A DNA stretch of 64,000 nt from Macrostomum hystrix (taxonomy: Eukaryota > Animalia > Platyhelminthes). The notes beneath the pieces are model-generated. The model was not told the DNA's origin. It saw only the letters and a list, made by a program, of their open reading frames with translations, and ran no database searches. Shown piece after piece: positions 33,771 to 47,500 of the stretch. Positions within the stretch are counted from its first letter, which is position 1. The number at the start of each line of letters is the position of its first letter. Where the stretch lies: assembly GCA_950097015.1 (NCBI GenBank), contig CATNEN010000001.1, positions 6,262,001 to 6,326,000 on the forward strand. The letters are read 5' to 3'. The position numbers were made by a program, and so were the translations under genes.

Positions 33771-34148
33771 ACACAGTCTCTCCCGGGGTGACACAGTCTC
33801 TCCCGGGATGGCACAGTCCGTCCCGGAATGACACAGTCTCTCCCGGGGTGACACAGTCTCTCCCGGGATGGCACAGTCTCTCCCGGGGTGACAGTCTCTC
33901 CCGGAATGGCGCGACAGTCCCTCCCGGGGTGACACAGTCTCTCCCGGGATGGCACAGTCCGTCCCGGAATGACACAGTCTCTCCCGGAATGACACAGTCT
34001 CTCCCGGGGTGACAGTCTCTCCCGGAATGGCGCGACAGTCCCTCCCGGGGTGACACAGTCTCTCCCGGAATGGCACAGTCCCTCCCGGAATGGCACAGTC
34101 CGTCCCGGAATGACACAGTCTTCCTGGAGTGACGCAGTCTCTCCCGGA
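33771..34148. repeat. ~19-22-bp minisatellite (GACACAGTCTCTCCCGGAAT-like); continues at 32565-32617
   Basis: Direct tandem repeats with variants. Confidence 0.9.
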
Positions 34149-35553
34149 CTTGTTGAATTGGGCAGACTTGTTGAACTAAAGTCCAAAATCTCACCCCCGT
34201 AGTTCGTTGTGCCACCACCACCACCCCCCAGCAGCCAGAAGCAGCTCTGGATTGGTCGAATCGGCGCCAATGTAAACAAAACTACCGCCGCCGCCAGCAG
34301 CACCGTACAGGCAGTTCGAGTTGCCGCCCACCTGCATGCCCGACCACGATTTTCAGTCGTGTGCCGGCGCCGAGGCGGAAGCTGCCAGCCGCTGCCAGCC
34401 TCCTTGCCTCCGACTGCGACGCTGTTGCTGCTGCTGCCTCCAGTAGCTCCGAACGCCTCGATGCGGTAGCAACCGGTGATATTAACAGTATAGCATTCTG
34501 TACGAGCCTGCCAGTGCATGCCGCTGTCTGGAAAACAAATACGCGCGAAGCAAGCAATTCGACGCAAGGCTGTTTACTCAGGACCCAGTCCGTCAAGCTG
34601 GCATACAAGGCTGCTGACCATAATTATGTGAATTTCACTGTTTATATCACTTCATATGCACAGCCTTATCGTAATCGAATTGGGCTTTAAACTATGTATT
34701 TAGTCGTGAATGTTAATTACTGACAATAAATCAAACTGATAACTTAATTGCAATGCCATATTCTTATGACTTGTTGAAAAAGCAAGACAGCTAGATGAAG
34801 CCCCCAGGTATGAATCGAGTTGCCGCCCACCTTTCCTAAATCTAAGGCATCTGGGTGTCGGTATTTATTATTAATTTTTAGTTAATGATATGTTGTAATT
34901 TATTGTTAGGCAACCTAGTAAAAAACAAATAACAATTCTTAGCAACAATTTTAATAAAAGTGCCTTCGTATTTATCATCTAAAAAAAAAATTTGTTGTGA
35001 TTAGTCAAAAAACTTAAATGCCATACTTTCTTCTAAAGTGTTTCGTGTAAAGATTGCTAGTCTATTACTATTGTAAAATTTTATGTATAAAAACCGCTAC
35101 ATTTTTTTAGATCGCGCAACAGACAGCAGCTAATCACGAAAAGTTCAAGACACACTGTCCTAAGTCATTAGATTTAAGCTTTGCTTGTGGTACTAGCTTT
35201 TTATGTAGTCCTATGGTCTTCGTGTGTGTCGTTTTGGCTTTTAATTATATTCATAAAAGTTAGCCTTTGCATTTGTAATTGGACTTAATCAATTTAAATT
35301 GAGGGACATATTTTTGCAGCAATAAAATTTTTAGCAGATTGCGTTTACAAAACGTCAACTGCAACCCAAATTTGAATTGCCAGGACAGACTTAAATCATT
35401 AACCACAAAGTCACATAGGCAGTTTTTAATCTTGATAATATCCATTCCTGATAGTGGCAAACATTGTTTGTGCTTGTGAGACCAGCAAAGCGAAATCTTT
35501 TGAATATGCAATTTAATATCGAGTTATATTAGCAACAGAATTTCTATTTTCAA

Positions 35554-38500
35554 ATGCCTGAACAAGTTGTTCGCATTGGTGTTACTGATTTCATCACCTA
35601 TACATATGAAGACTTGCAAGATGCTACAAATAGCCGATTTATACAAAAAATCATTCAGCTAAAAAAGACAGTGGACTCCATCTCCTATGTATGTGTTTTT
35701 ACAGATGAATATTATGCAAAGTTAACATTTTTATAAAGTTAATAATTAGCTTTGTAGATAATTCAATTTGCCTATTTTGCATTTGATTTGATATATAAAA
35801 TGTTAGGAACCTACATATTATTTAGAAAATGTTTGCAGATTTGTTCCTAATACTTTTTTTGCATATATTTAAATTGTTGAAATAGAGAAACAACTGTGTT
35901 AGGCCTATATCTGATTTGTAGCTTTGTAGCTGAAAATTATACCCCCACTCCATAAAAATGTTTCACTGAGTGTTTTTCATAGTCCAGATCATGTAGTGCA
36001 CACCAGAATTTTCTGGCATGCATTTGTTTTCAGCTGGCGTGTATGGCATGCATTGGTATATATTTGAAGGGTTGGTGTCCACTTTGGCGTGCAAGGCCTG
36101 TATTGCGATGGTGCAGTGTGCAATCATACATTGCATTTAAATATAGATCAAATATGTGTTTTATGTATCTGAATATATAATTACAAATAGGAAAGTGCTT
36201 ATTCCCATGGTCCCGTGCCAATAATTTCAATTTTATCCCTACGGATCCGTGCCAATAATTTTCTGCTTATCCACACAGCAGCTTTTATGAATAGATCTAC
36301 TTTCAAGTCCTTACCTATTCTTCTCTGAGCATAAGGCTTTTGCTTCAGAGTATAGTATACACTTATCAATGCACTAGCTTTTTTTGCCCGTTGTTTTTGG
36401 GGCAGAAATTTAAAGCAAAGCAGTAAGCAATTCACATCTCTGTATTAACTTTATAGTGAAGGTCACCATTTATTTATTTACTGTATTAATGAAAAGTGAA
36501 GAGTTTGTTTAAGGGCGTTTTAAGTAAAAAATAAGTGAAAAGTTTGTCCAAACAGCCCCCTCTTGATTACTTCTTTAGAAACATGTCTTTTAGCCACTCC
36601 TCTATACAGTCAGTGGCAGATCCAGGAATTTTGTTTTGGGGCGGTCTGTCAGGGGAGTGCCATGAGAATCACAGAGGGGGTGCCAGCGGCCGAAAAAGGG
36701 CGCCAGGAGCCAAGAAAGGGCGCCAGCGGCTGAAAAACGGGAGCCAGCGGCTGAAAAAGGGGCGCCAGTGGCCGAAAAGCGGCTGGTGGGGGCATCTTAT
36801 TCCCATGATTAAAATTTTAGGGGGGGCGACTGCCCCCCGCCCCCCCCCCCTAAATCTGCCTCTGTATACAGTATGCATGTACACGCGTATACATAAGGAA
36901 AATAGCCATGGCATAACAATAACAATGTCAAAGAAACAAAATTAAACTGTTTCAGAGTTCAGAGTTAGACAGGTCAAGGTCAATTCATGACTACTTTTCT
37001 ATTAATTGCTTGCGAGTCACCTCAAGGCCTGGGGATACACCACATTCTTCGTTCTTCCCCCTTGGTGCGAAAATGAATAGGCCAGCTGGAGTTCCAACAT
37101 GGGAGCAAGCGACATAAAGCTGCCCATGCGAGAAGCAAGCAGTTTCCAGGTTGATGCCAGCCACCTTCAGTGACTGTCCTTGAGCCTTGTTAATAGTCAT
37201 CGCAAAGCACACTCTCACAGGGAACTGCAGTTGCTTGAACTGAAATGGCAGGTCCGTGGGGATAATTGGAATCCGGGAACGAACACAGACTCTCCTCTGC
37301 CAGATCCAGTCATTATTGTGGCCTCAATCACGTGTGGGAAGAGCCGCCTGACTATCAGTCTGGTGCCGTTACACAGCCTTGGCGCATTCAGGTTGCGGAG
37401 GAGCATAATTGGTGCCCCAACTTTCAGCTGCAAGTTGTGCAATGGAGTTCCAGGAGGATCTAGAGAGTTCAGAAACTCAACAGGATACTCCACAGCGGTG
37501 TCATCAGTCAACGTTGTATCAATTGACTTGTAGGTGAAAACTGCACCTGGCAACTCCTGAAGCAGTTGGTAGTTAATTTCGTTGCGGCATCATTTCTAGG
37601 ACACAGAATTGCCCTCTCTGACAGCCAGTCAACGCCAGCCTCTCTCTTTCTTCTATCCCAGGCTGGCTGGAGAGAAATATCGACCGGAGAGCCCTGCGCA
37701 CTGGGACGCCACCGCACTCACCGCACTCAGTCTCAGTGCTGCTTGGGGGCCAGTAGACAGTCTAGGGGTTTGGGCTGTGTACATTCACGGCTTGAAATAC
37801 AATGTACAGTCTGGGGCTTCGGCGCCCGGGGAAGGGAGGGGGTGGCTGTAATAAAATTTGGCCCACAGAGTGGCGGAGGGGAGTTGGGGTGGCTGTCCTC
37901 GGAAAACAAAAAGTGACTCACTTTGAGATGATGCAGCTTTGCTCTGGATTGAGTAGAGATGTTCAAAATTGACAGCATTGTTGGAAAACATGTAAAGTGT
38001 AAGTGGATCAAATTTGGAGAAAATCTGACAAAGTGGGGCGACGATATGTCGAATTGAGTGATTTTTTGACGATTTTTGAGCAGTTTTTTGCACTTTTGAG
38101 CAGGAAGGAAATGATTTTTCGGGAATTTGAGTAGCCTATTGCACTCAGCGTAGGTGGTTTTAGGTATGTGCAAAGTTTGGTGCGATTTGGTTGAGCGGTT
38201 TCGGCGTCTATAAAGACAAAAGGTTGCACACACACAGACAGACAGACAGAGTTTTCACTTTTATATATATAGATAGTGTAAAATAATAACAATAATATGT
38301 GATAATATGTGTGACAAGTTTTGTGCTGACTAGAATTCTGCTAGTTGACTTGTATGATTTTCTTTGATAGACTTCTTACTTTTTAAGTCAATACAATTCG
38401 AATGAAAACATGTAGCAATGACAAATTATTTAGTAAGTTGTTATTACAATAATTAAAAAGGATGACATTAATGTCGGTTAATGAATGTGTAGGTCAAAAT

Positions 38501-41500
38501 GTAGAACACAGTTGTAACACACTGGCAACTTTGTCAATCTATTGGCTCGAGGGTGCAACAAAACGTTCAAACCTGAAAGGGCCTCAGTTCAAAAAACAGA
38601 ACCATGTGGATAAAATTGAAATTAATGGCATGGAATATTTATATAAAGAGTTTTAGACCTATTCATACAAGCTGCCATGTGGATAAGCAGAAAATTATCG
38701 GCACAGCTCCGTGTGGATAAAATTGAAATTGATGGCATGGCATATATAAAGAGTTGTAGACCTATTCATGCAAGCTGCCCTGTGGATAAGCAGAAAATTA
38801 TTGGCATGGATCCATGTGGATAAAATTAAAATTTTTGGCACAGGACCATGGGAATAAGCTCTGCCTTACAAATATCAACTAATTATTTAACGGACTTTGC
38901 ATGACTAAAACAAAATGTTCTGTTATCTGTACAAACGTTTTTAAGTTTTGTTAATTGGACTATAAATACTATAAAAAAATAAATTGTTCTTTTTGATATT
39001 GCTTCTCATTAAATACAAAATGGGAGCCAGTTTGTCTATTTAAAGCAAAAAATGTGATTACATCTTTTTTATATAAATGATATGATGTACCACATTGGCC
39101 TGCACTGGAGTGTAATTTGAAAAACTCAGCATCCTTGGCATGCAAACAATTTAATTTCATTTTTTCTGGCGTGCAGCCAACATGATCCGGACTATGGAGT
39201 GTTTTTAGACTTGTATGGCATCATAAGTCACCATGAATTTGAGCTTTGTGATACACAGCTACTTAAAATGGTGTGAATAAAGTGCAACATTACCGTCTGA
39301 TTAGCTTTTATAATATAATATAATATAAATATAAAATAATATATTAATATAAAATAAAATTATATTAAAATTAAATTAAATTATATTAAAATATAATATA
39401 AAATAATATAAAAAACCATATTATCTGCTGCAATGTTTTATGGAAGTCAATAACTAGCTTTGTTTATTTAATTAGCAGTGTTATAATTATTTGTATTAGT
39501 AAAGTTATTATATACTTTTTACTACAAGTTTTAATACTTCTGTGATTTTATCAAAGTTAAAAGCAAAGATCAAGAAAGATAATACATTGTTTTGTTGAAT
39601 CCTAATATTAAACATAATTACAAATAATTGGATGTTTATTAAAACTGTTTTGAAGGTACCTGTAGTAAGCTATAGTTTTAATCTATGAAAGGAATTAGAT
39701 TTTTTTATTTTTTATCATGAAAACAACGATAGAGTAAAAATATTACATTGTAATTATATATGCTTATATTTGAATACATGTGGTAAAGCTATAATATTCT
39801 AAAATCTAATTTTATTATATATCAATCTTTTTTGTATCTAGATACCTGTGTCAACCAATGTCAGATACTAGAGTCAATCAATTTCAAATACTAGAGTTGA
39901 CCCATGTCAAATGGTAGAGTTGATCCATGTCAAATGCTAGAGTTGATCCATGTCAAATGCTAGAGTTGATCCATGTCAAATACTAGAGTTGATCCATGTC
40001 AACTGCTAGAGTTGATCCATGTCAAATACTAGAGTTGACCCATGTCAAATACTAGAGTTGATCCATGTCAAATGCTAGAGTTGATCCATGTCAAATGCTA
40101 GAGTTGATCCATGTCAAATGCTAGAGTTGACCCATGTCAAATACTAGAGTCAATCCATTTCAAATACTAGAGTTGACCCATGTCAAATACTAGAGTTGAT
40201 CCATGTCAAATGCTAGAGTTGATCCATGTCAAATGCTAGAGTTGATCCATGTCAAATACTAGAGTTGATCCATGTCAACTGCTAGAGTTGATCCATGTCA
40301 AATACTAGAGTTGACCCATGTCAAATACTAGAGTTGATCCATGTCAAATGCTAGAGTTGATCCATGTCAAATGCTAGAGTTGATCCATGTCAAATACTAG
40401 AGTTGATCCATGTCAAATGCTAGAGTTGATCCATGTCAAATGCTAGAGTTGATCCATGTCAAATGCTAGAGTTGACCCATGTCAAATACTAGAGTCAATC
40501 CATTTCAAATACTAGAGTTGACCCATGTCAAATACTAGAGTTGATCCATGTCAAATGCTAGAGTTGATCCATGTCAAATGCTAGAGTTGACCCATGTCAA
40601 ATACTAGAGTCAATCCATTTCAAATACTAGAGTTGACCCATGTCAAATACTAGAGTTGACCCATGTCAAATGCTAGAGTTGATCCATGTCAAATGCTAGA
40701 ATTGATCCATGTCAAATGCTAGAGTTGATCCATGTCAAATGCTAGAGTGGATCCATGTCAAATGCTAGAGTTGATCCAATTTAAATGCTAGAGTTGATCC
40801 ATGTCAAATGCTAAAGTTGATCCATGTCAAATGCTAGAGTTGATCCATGTCAAATGCTAGAGTTGATCCATGTCAAATGCTAGAGTTGATCCATGTCAAA
40901 TGCTAGAGTTGACCCATGTCAAATACTAGAGTCAATCCATTTCAAATACTAGAGTTGACCCATGTCAAATACTAGAGTTGACCCATGTCAAATGCTAGAG
41001 TTGATCCATGTCAAATGCTAGAATTGATCCATGTCAAATGCTAGAGTTGATCCATGTCAAATGCTAGAGTGGATCCATGTCAAATGCTAGAGTTGATCCA
41101 ATTTAAATGCTAGAGTTGATCCATGTCAAATGCTAAAGTTGATCCATGTCAAATGCTAAAGTTGATCCATGTCAAATGCTAGAGTTGATCCATGTCAAAT
41201 GCTAGAGTTGATCCATGTCAAATGCTAGAGTTGATCCATGTCAAATGCTAGAGTTGATCCATGTCAAATGCTAGAATTGATCCATGTCAAATGCTAGAGT
41301 TGATCCATGTCAAATGCTAGAGTGGATCCATGTCAAATGCTAGAGTTGATCCATGTCAAATGCTAGAGTGGATCCATGTCAAATGCTAAAGTTGATCCAT
41401 GTCAAATGCTAGAGTTGATCCATGTCAAATGCTAGAGTTGATCCATGTCAAATGCTGGAGTTGATCCATGTCAAATGCTAGAATTGATCCATGTCAAATG

Positions 41501-44500
41501 CTAGAGTTGATCCATGTCAAATGCTAGAGTGGATCCATGTCAAATGCTAGAGTTGATCCATGTCAAATGCTAGAGTGGATCCATGTCAAATGCTAGAGTT
41601 GATCCATGTCAAATGCTAGAGTTGATCCATGTCAAATGCTAGAGTGGATCCATGTCAAATGCTAGAGTTGATCCATGTCAAATGCTAGAGTTGATCCATG
41701 TCTAATGCTAGAGTTGTTCCATGTCAAATGCTAGAGTTGATCCATGTCAAATACTGGATATTTTTAAAGCTTTAACTGTATTAAATATTTTAGGATCTGG
41801 ACTTGGACAAGGCTGCTTTAAACAAAGTCCGAAAATCAGTGAAAACTGCCTATGGTACTGGAAGAGGTAAGTCAAGGAAATTTGGTATAACTTTATTGCT
41901 GATTTCTGTCTGAATGCGATAATGCTACAAAGCCAAAGTGTTGGTGCCACATTTTTTCATAAAAATTTAGCTCACATTCAAAGCGAAAGTGATCTGTCTA
42001 ACCTACTGGCTGAGTTGGGCAATTATGCCATAGACGAAGGAGCCGATTCTGTTGGAAGTGCATTGTCAAAGTTTTCCGTTGTCACCAAGGAGACTAATTC
42101 CTATTTTGCTAATTTGGTAAGGACTAAAGTATTTTTTGGCTTGAAGTTAATTTAATTTACTTAGTCACATAATTCCAGAATTTTCAGATCTGACCAAATA
42201 CATTTTTTCAGATGCAAAACCTGTCCAACATTGTACTCAGCCCTCTTGAGACATTCATCAAAGTCGAGATGAAATCTGACATGAAGAAGGGCTTCGACAA
42301 GGCGCTAAAAGAATACGAATCAAAATTTGACAAAATTAGAAAGGAAAAAATCCAGGCCGCCAAAGACTTGGGCCACACTAAGACTGACGTGTCCATGTCT
42401 GAGGTGAGTGCGTTTCGGGTCTCGCGATTTTATAGGGGATAACTGAAATGGGCGATTCCCATTCCAATTCCTCATCTAAGAGCTTTCGTTATTTTCACAA
42501 ATTAAAATACCAACATATTCAGTAAATTCTTGCAGTAAAAGTACAATTAAGTCATCTTGACAGTTCAGATCTTCACGCACCAGTTTGTAACCTTGTGTGA
42601 CACAAAAAGAACAATGCATATAATATAATTTAAATACGAGCTAGATTGTACTAAAATACAACATGTAATTCCTCACCTCTCCACTTTTCCCCAATCCTCA
42701 ACTCTTCTCTACTCTAATGCTCTACTTCTCTTCTCCACTTTACTCTTCTCTCCTTTCTTCACTTCTGGTTTCACTTTCTAAGAATTCCATGTTGTTACCT
42801 AGTTTGTTCTATTTTCTATTGAAAATTGTTTTATAAATAACAATAAAAATGTTAGAATTGAATAAGACAAATGACAAATCAATCTGTTTTTATTAACTAT
42901 TAGGCCCATTTCCCGGTGAAAATGCTATGTGTGGCCGGGTAGCGGGTACCCGCAGAGCACTAATGAGCATTCAGGTATTATTAATGGTAATTAATAATAC
43001 CTGAATACAGGGAGTGAGTGGCATACTAACTAGTTTGCCTCTCGCACCAAGGTCCCTGAGCTCGATTCCGCGGCAAGGCCACATTCATTTGGGGCGCAGC
43101 CGCGGATAGACCAACCTCCAAGGCACTGTGAGAGTGTACACTGCCTGACGATGAGAGAAAGTGAGGGCAGATGTACACACCTGTGTGAGCGTGTGCCAGC
43201 GTACAGTAGCTTTCCCTGTGCGCATGTGCTCAGGAGTTGGCGGAATTGGCAGAATTGCCTCTTCGCTGGCTGCGGGTCCAGTGTCACTAAATTTCACCTG
43301 TCCTGATCAGCCGGCAACACAGCCGCAGCTACTGTACGGCTCCGCACACCCAGCACAGAATTACCCCAGCTAAATGAAGCAATGCATAGTTAGATATCTT
43401 GCTAATGAACCCGAATTGTATGGAATCGAACCCCGGACCATCAAGTCATGAGGCCAACGCTCTAAACACTAGGCTACAACCCTTAAGTGGTTATAAATAG
43501 AAGAGAAAACTAATTAAATTGAAATAAAATAAAAGTCTAAGAATCGGAACTCAAAGTCCGTGTTTTTACCTGACCGTGTTTTTTTATTTAAAAATCCAAT
43601 TTTTTTGTTTAAATGTACTATCGCTGTCTTGCAGATTCAAGAGGAACTGGAGCGCGAACGGCGTTCATTGCAGCTGCAACTTTGCGAGGTTTGTTTATAT
43701 TTTGCTTAAACTTAGAAAAGAAATTTCCAGACAAGGCGATTGTCTATTTAAGTTTTATTTCGGTAATTAATATTAATATTTATTACTAAGCGTTTTCACG
43801 TACAAAGTTTTACATATTTAGAAGTACAAATTATTAAAAAAGCTTGTTTGTGTGACGTGCGCTAACACTGGAGGAGAATATTAGTGTTATTTTTTGTTAA
43901 AGCTCACATATAGACTGTCGCAAAGACAAACAAAAAAGTGAGTACTGTATTACGAGGGCACTATTACAGAATTATCTTTACAGATAAAGGAGTTAAGTTG
44001 GCATGGAGCACATGCCAGTCAGATGGGAGCGTGCTTTCTGGCACGCAAAATGGTAGTTTAGTTCTTACTTTGCAGTATTTGTTTATTTTTAAGCTTAGCT
44101 AAATTGGTTCATTAAAAAATAAATGACTCTCACTGACTAGATAAAACAATGAGAATGAAGGATCTCATTAAAGGACTGCTTCTCGCTTACTTTGTCACTT
44201 GGAATGGATTAATAAAGGAACTCAGCACCAGCTATATGCGCTTCGTAAACTTGCACCATTTGGTAGCACTTCGGTCGCTTTACCTTGCCGAGATTGTGCA
44301 ACTTGTGCGCACGCCGCTTCACTACCAACCCGCCGCCTATTTTTCTGCATTGTGGTCGTACTGTGGCCATATTTCTTATAGCATATATTGGTCTGGCCTG
44401 ATTCTGCTGATTTTTATATCGGTTCGCAAACGATTCTATTTCCGATTGTTCCATCTGTTCGACTGTAGTTTCATCCGCCTTGATTTCGGCTATAGCGGCG

Positions 44501-47500
44501 CGTTTTTTTAGATCATCCAGTATGCGGCTGTAGATGCTGGCCAGCTCAGCGTCGGCTTTTTTGCCTTCCTGAATACTCCGCTGTCTCAGTTGAGCAATCT
44601 GTTCTGCAAGCCTTTTGGCTACATCGTCACTCACAGCTACCACTTCGGAGGATAATTTTGTGAGCTCCATCGGACCCGTTGCATTGTCGGATCTATCATT
44701 ATCGGGCACTTCAATCTGTTTCTCTGGTGCAACAGGCTCATCTTCAGCTTTTTTATCTTCGGCCTTATCAATCGCCAGCGTCAAACTGGGTCTATGCGGT
44801 ATTCGTTTGATTCGTTTAAAACTGACATTTCCACGTTTGGCCGGCTTACTCATGTTTGCCAAGTCGATTAGCAAGTAGTGACTGTCTAAAGATGTTACAC
44901 TACTTTGGTTGGTATTCGATAATAAATTGGTGGCTTTTCGCGCCTCGCTTTTGTCTTCTGTGTTCTGAGGCATTGTCGGCGTTTTGCCTACGCGAAGATT
45001 AAATAACATCGGCTTCACATTGGTAACTTCCTTTAACTCGCCAATTGACATAAAGTTACAAGCTACTTTGCAAAGGCTTAGCTCGCTTATCACTTCAAGC
45101 TGAATGTCTCGAAAAGTGTTACTAAGCCGAGGATCTAATGGGAGATCGATTTCTCTGTCATTGTAAAGCGGAAAGTCTGCATTGATAAAGTTAAGCACCT
45201 GCCGACTGTACAACAACACTTTGAGCAGAGTTCCAACCAGACGTTTCATGTTCTTCATTAGCACCAAACGCTTTTTCGCGGCATTTCGATTCGGATCGAT
45301 GTGATTGCGCTTCTTAAGCAGCTCCTTTTGCTGCTTAAGCAGCTCCTCAATATTTGAGATTTGATGTTGCAGCAGGTTTAATATTATTACAACAGCGTTG
45401 CGAGAATCGCGCCGCATTATTTCGCAAATTTTTTTTTTCGTTTTTTGATCTTCTTTTGAGACACAAGCCTTGTTGCTGTTCTCAGATTCGTTTTCAATTA
45501 AATATATATTACGCTTAATGTAAACTCCCACGGCGTCCAATAACGGAAGCAGAGGTGTTTTACAAAACGGCTTTGTGAAAATCTTATGTATGTGCAGCAG
45601 AACCCTGGTCGCCTCGGACGCGTATGGATCAGTAGAAGGCGCGCTTCTCTTTTTATGTTTCCCCCATGTGGCTTCAGACGCATCATTATTGTTAGGATAG
45701 TCTTTTATCTCTTTGTTCTGTACATCTCCACCGTCCATATCTAGCGCCTCGGCCACGACAATCTCAGGACTGTAACCATCAGCTCTTATCTGTGTGAGAC
45801 AGTTTTTTAGGTCAATGTAGCACCGCCTTCTATCCTTATAATTTGAATAGGCTTCGGTTATTTCTATTAGCGACTTCACGCCTATCATCTTGGCTCCTTT
45901 AGGCAGCTGTTCAACCCCGACTAAGCCAGTCAGTACGCGCTCATCCTCATTTTTCGGTTTTATTACCGAAATCGGCAGGCGTTGAAATTTATAGCGCCCT
46001 AAGTCCATAGTCATGTAATAAACTAGCCGAGCCAATCGCAACATCGGTCGCTCGCTCATTATCCACAGACAGTACTCTAGCCAATCAAAGAAGTAGTAGG
46101 CTCGTCTTTCGTACCGACGTCTAGCTGGCATGCAGATAGGTTCTAGCGGATTCCATTTATGAGCTAATAGATCTGGCACAATTTCGTAATAACCACTGCG
46201 CAGCACTATCACAGTCATCGGGTAGGCGTGAAAATCTCCCGCTGTTGAGTCTAGAACGTGCGTTGCATATTGCGGATCAGCGAAACTGTAGATCGGCTCA
46301 CCTTCCGTATCTCTGTATTCCAGCGTTAGCCTGATCACATCTGCCTGTGGCGGAAATGTTTGGTAAAAATAGTATGGTAAGATTGTCTGTAGCTAGTTGG
46401 CTTAAATTTTGTCAGTTTATTAGTGGGGTAAGATTGTCTGTAGCCAGTTAGCTTGTCAGTTTCTTAGTGGTGTAAGATTGTCTGTAGTCAGTTGGCTTGT
46501 CAGTTTATTAGTGGTGTAAGAGGGTCTGTAGCCAGTTGGCTTGTCAGTTTATTAGTGGGGTAAGATTGTCTGTAGCCAGTTGGCTTGTCAGTTTATTAGT
46601 GGTGTAAGAGGGTCTGTAGTCAGTTGGCTTGTCAGTTTATTAGTGGTGTAAGAGGGTCTGTAGTCAGTTGGCTTGTCAGTTTATTAGTGGTGTAAGAGGG
46701 TCTGTAGCCAGTTGGCTTGTCAGTTTCTTAGTGGGGTAAGATTGTCTGTAGCCAGTTGGCTTGTCAGTTTATTAGTGGTGTAAGAGGGTCTGTAGTCAGT
46801 TGGCTTGTCAGTTTATTAGTGGTGTAAGATTGTCTGTAGCCAGTTGGCTTGTCAGTTTATTAGTGGTGTAAGAGGGTCTGTAGTCAGTTGGCTTGTCAGT
46901 TTATTAGTGGTGTAAGATTGTCTGTAGCCAGTTGGCTTGTCAGTTTATTAGTGGTGTAAGAGGGTCTGTAGTCAGTTGGCTTGTCAGTTTATTAGTGGTG
47001 TAAGAGGGTCTGTAGCCAGTTGGCTTGTCAGTTTATTAGTGGGGTAAGATTGTCTGTAGCCAGTTGGCTTGTCAGTTTATTAGTGGTGTAAGAGGGTCTG
47101 TAGTCAGTTGGCTTGTCAGTTTATTAGTGGTGTAAGATTGTCTGTAGCCAGTTGGCTTGTCAGTTTATTAGTGGTGTAAGAGGGTCTGTAGTCAGTTGGC
47201 TTGTCAGTTTATTAGTGGTGTAAGATTGTCTGTAGCCAGTTGGCTTGTCAGTTTATTAGTGGTGTAAGAGGGTCTGTAGTCAGTTGGCTTGTCAGTTTAT
47301 TAGTGGTGTAAGATTGTCTGTAGCCAGTTGGCTTGTCAGTTTATTAGTGGTGTAAGAGGGTCTGTAGTCAGTTGGCTTGTCAGTTTATTAGTGGTGTAAG
47401 ATGGTCTGTAGTCAGTTGGCTTGTCAGTTTATTAGTGGTGTAAGAGGGTCTGTAGTCAGTTGGCTTGTCAGTTTATTAGTGGTGTAAGATTGTCTGTAGC

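Larger units (their letters stand above)
32268..34610 (-). pseudogene. Gly-rich family copy 5, decayed
   Basis: NITGCYRIEAFGATGG and GSFRLGAGTRLKIVVGHAGG lie in different frames at 34.2-34.5 kb. A last-exon remnant GGCGGGGASGRCCVSSRFGGFSGGGGYSGGG...SFCNGINC lies at 32.27-32.52 kb. The interval is invaded by a minisatellite and a solo LTR. Confidence 0.7.
36374..38273 (-). mobile_element. Internally deleted Helitron
   Basis: Minus strand A|TCTATATATATAAAAG...(CTGT)n at the 5' end; 3' GCCC...GGGC hairpin followed by CTAG|T; carries a PIF1 helicase remnant. Confidence 0.8.
35978..39196. mobile_element. Non-autonomous TIR DNA transposon (10-bp TSD, Mutator-like?) in ASAP intron 1
   Basis: Termini CATAGTCCAGATCATG.../...CATGATCCGGACTATG. 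TSD GAGTGTTTTT at 35968-35977 and 39197-39206. Inverted subterminal repeats at 36195-36290 vs 38600-38860. Confidence 0.8.

Noticed and set aside
27233-36790. Shared GGGGCGCC core among the 22-bp array, the integrase 12-bp repeat and the MITE internal repeats
   Set aside because: An 8-bp GC-rich match with different unit lengths and contexts; likely coincidental.
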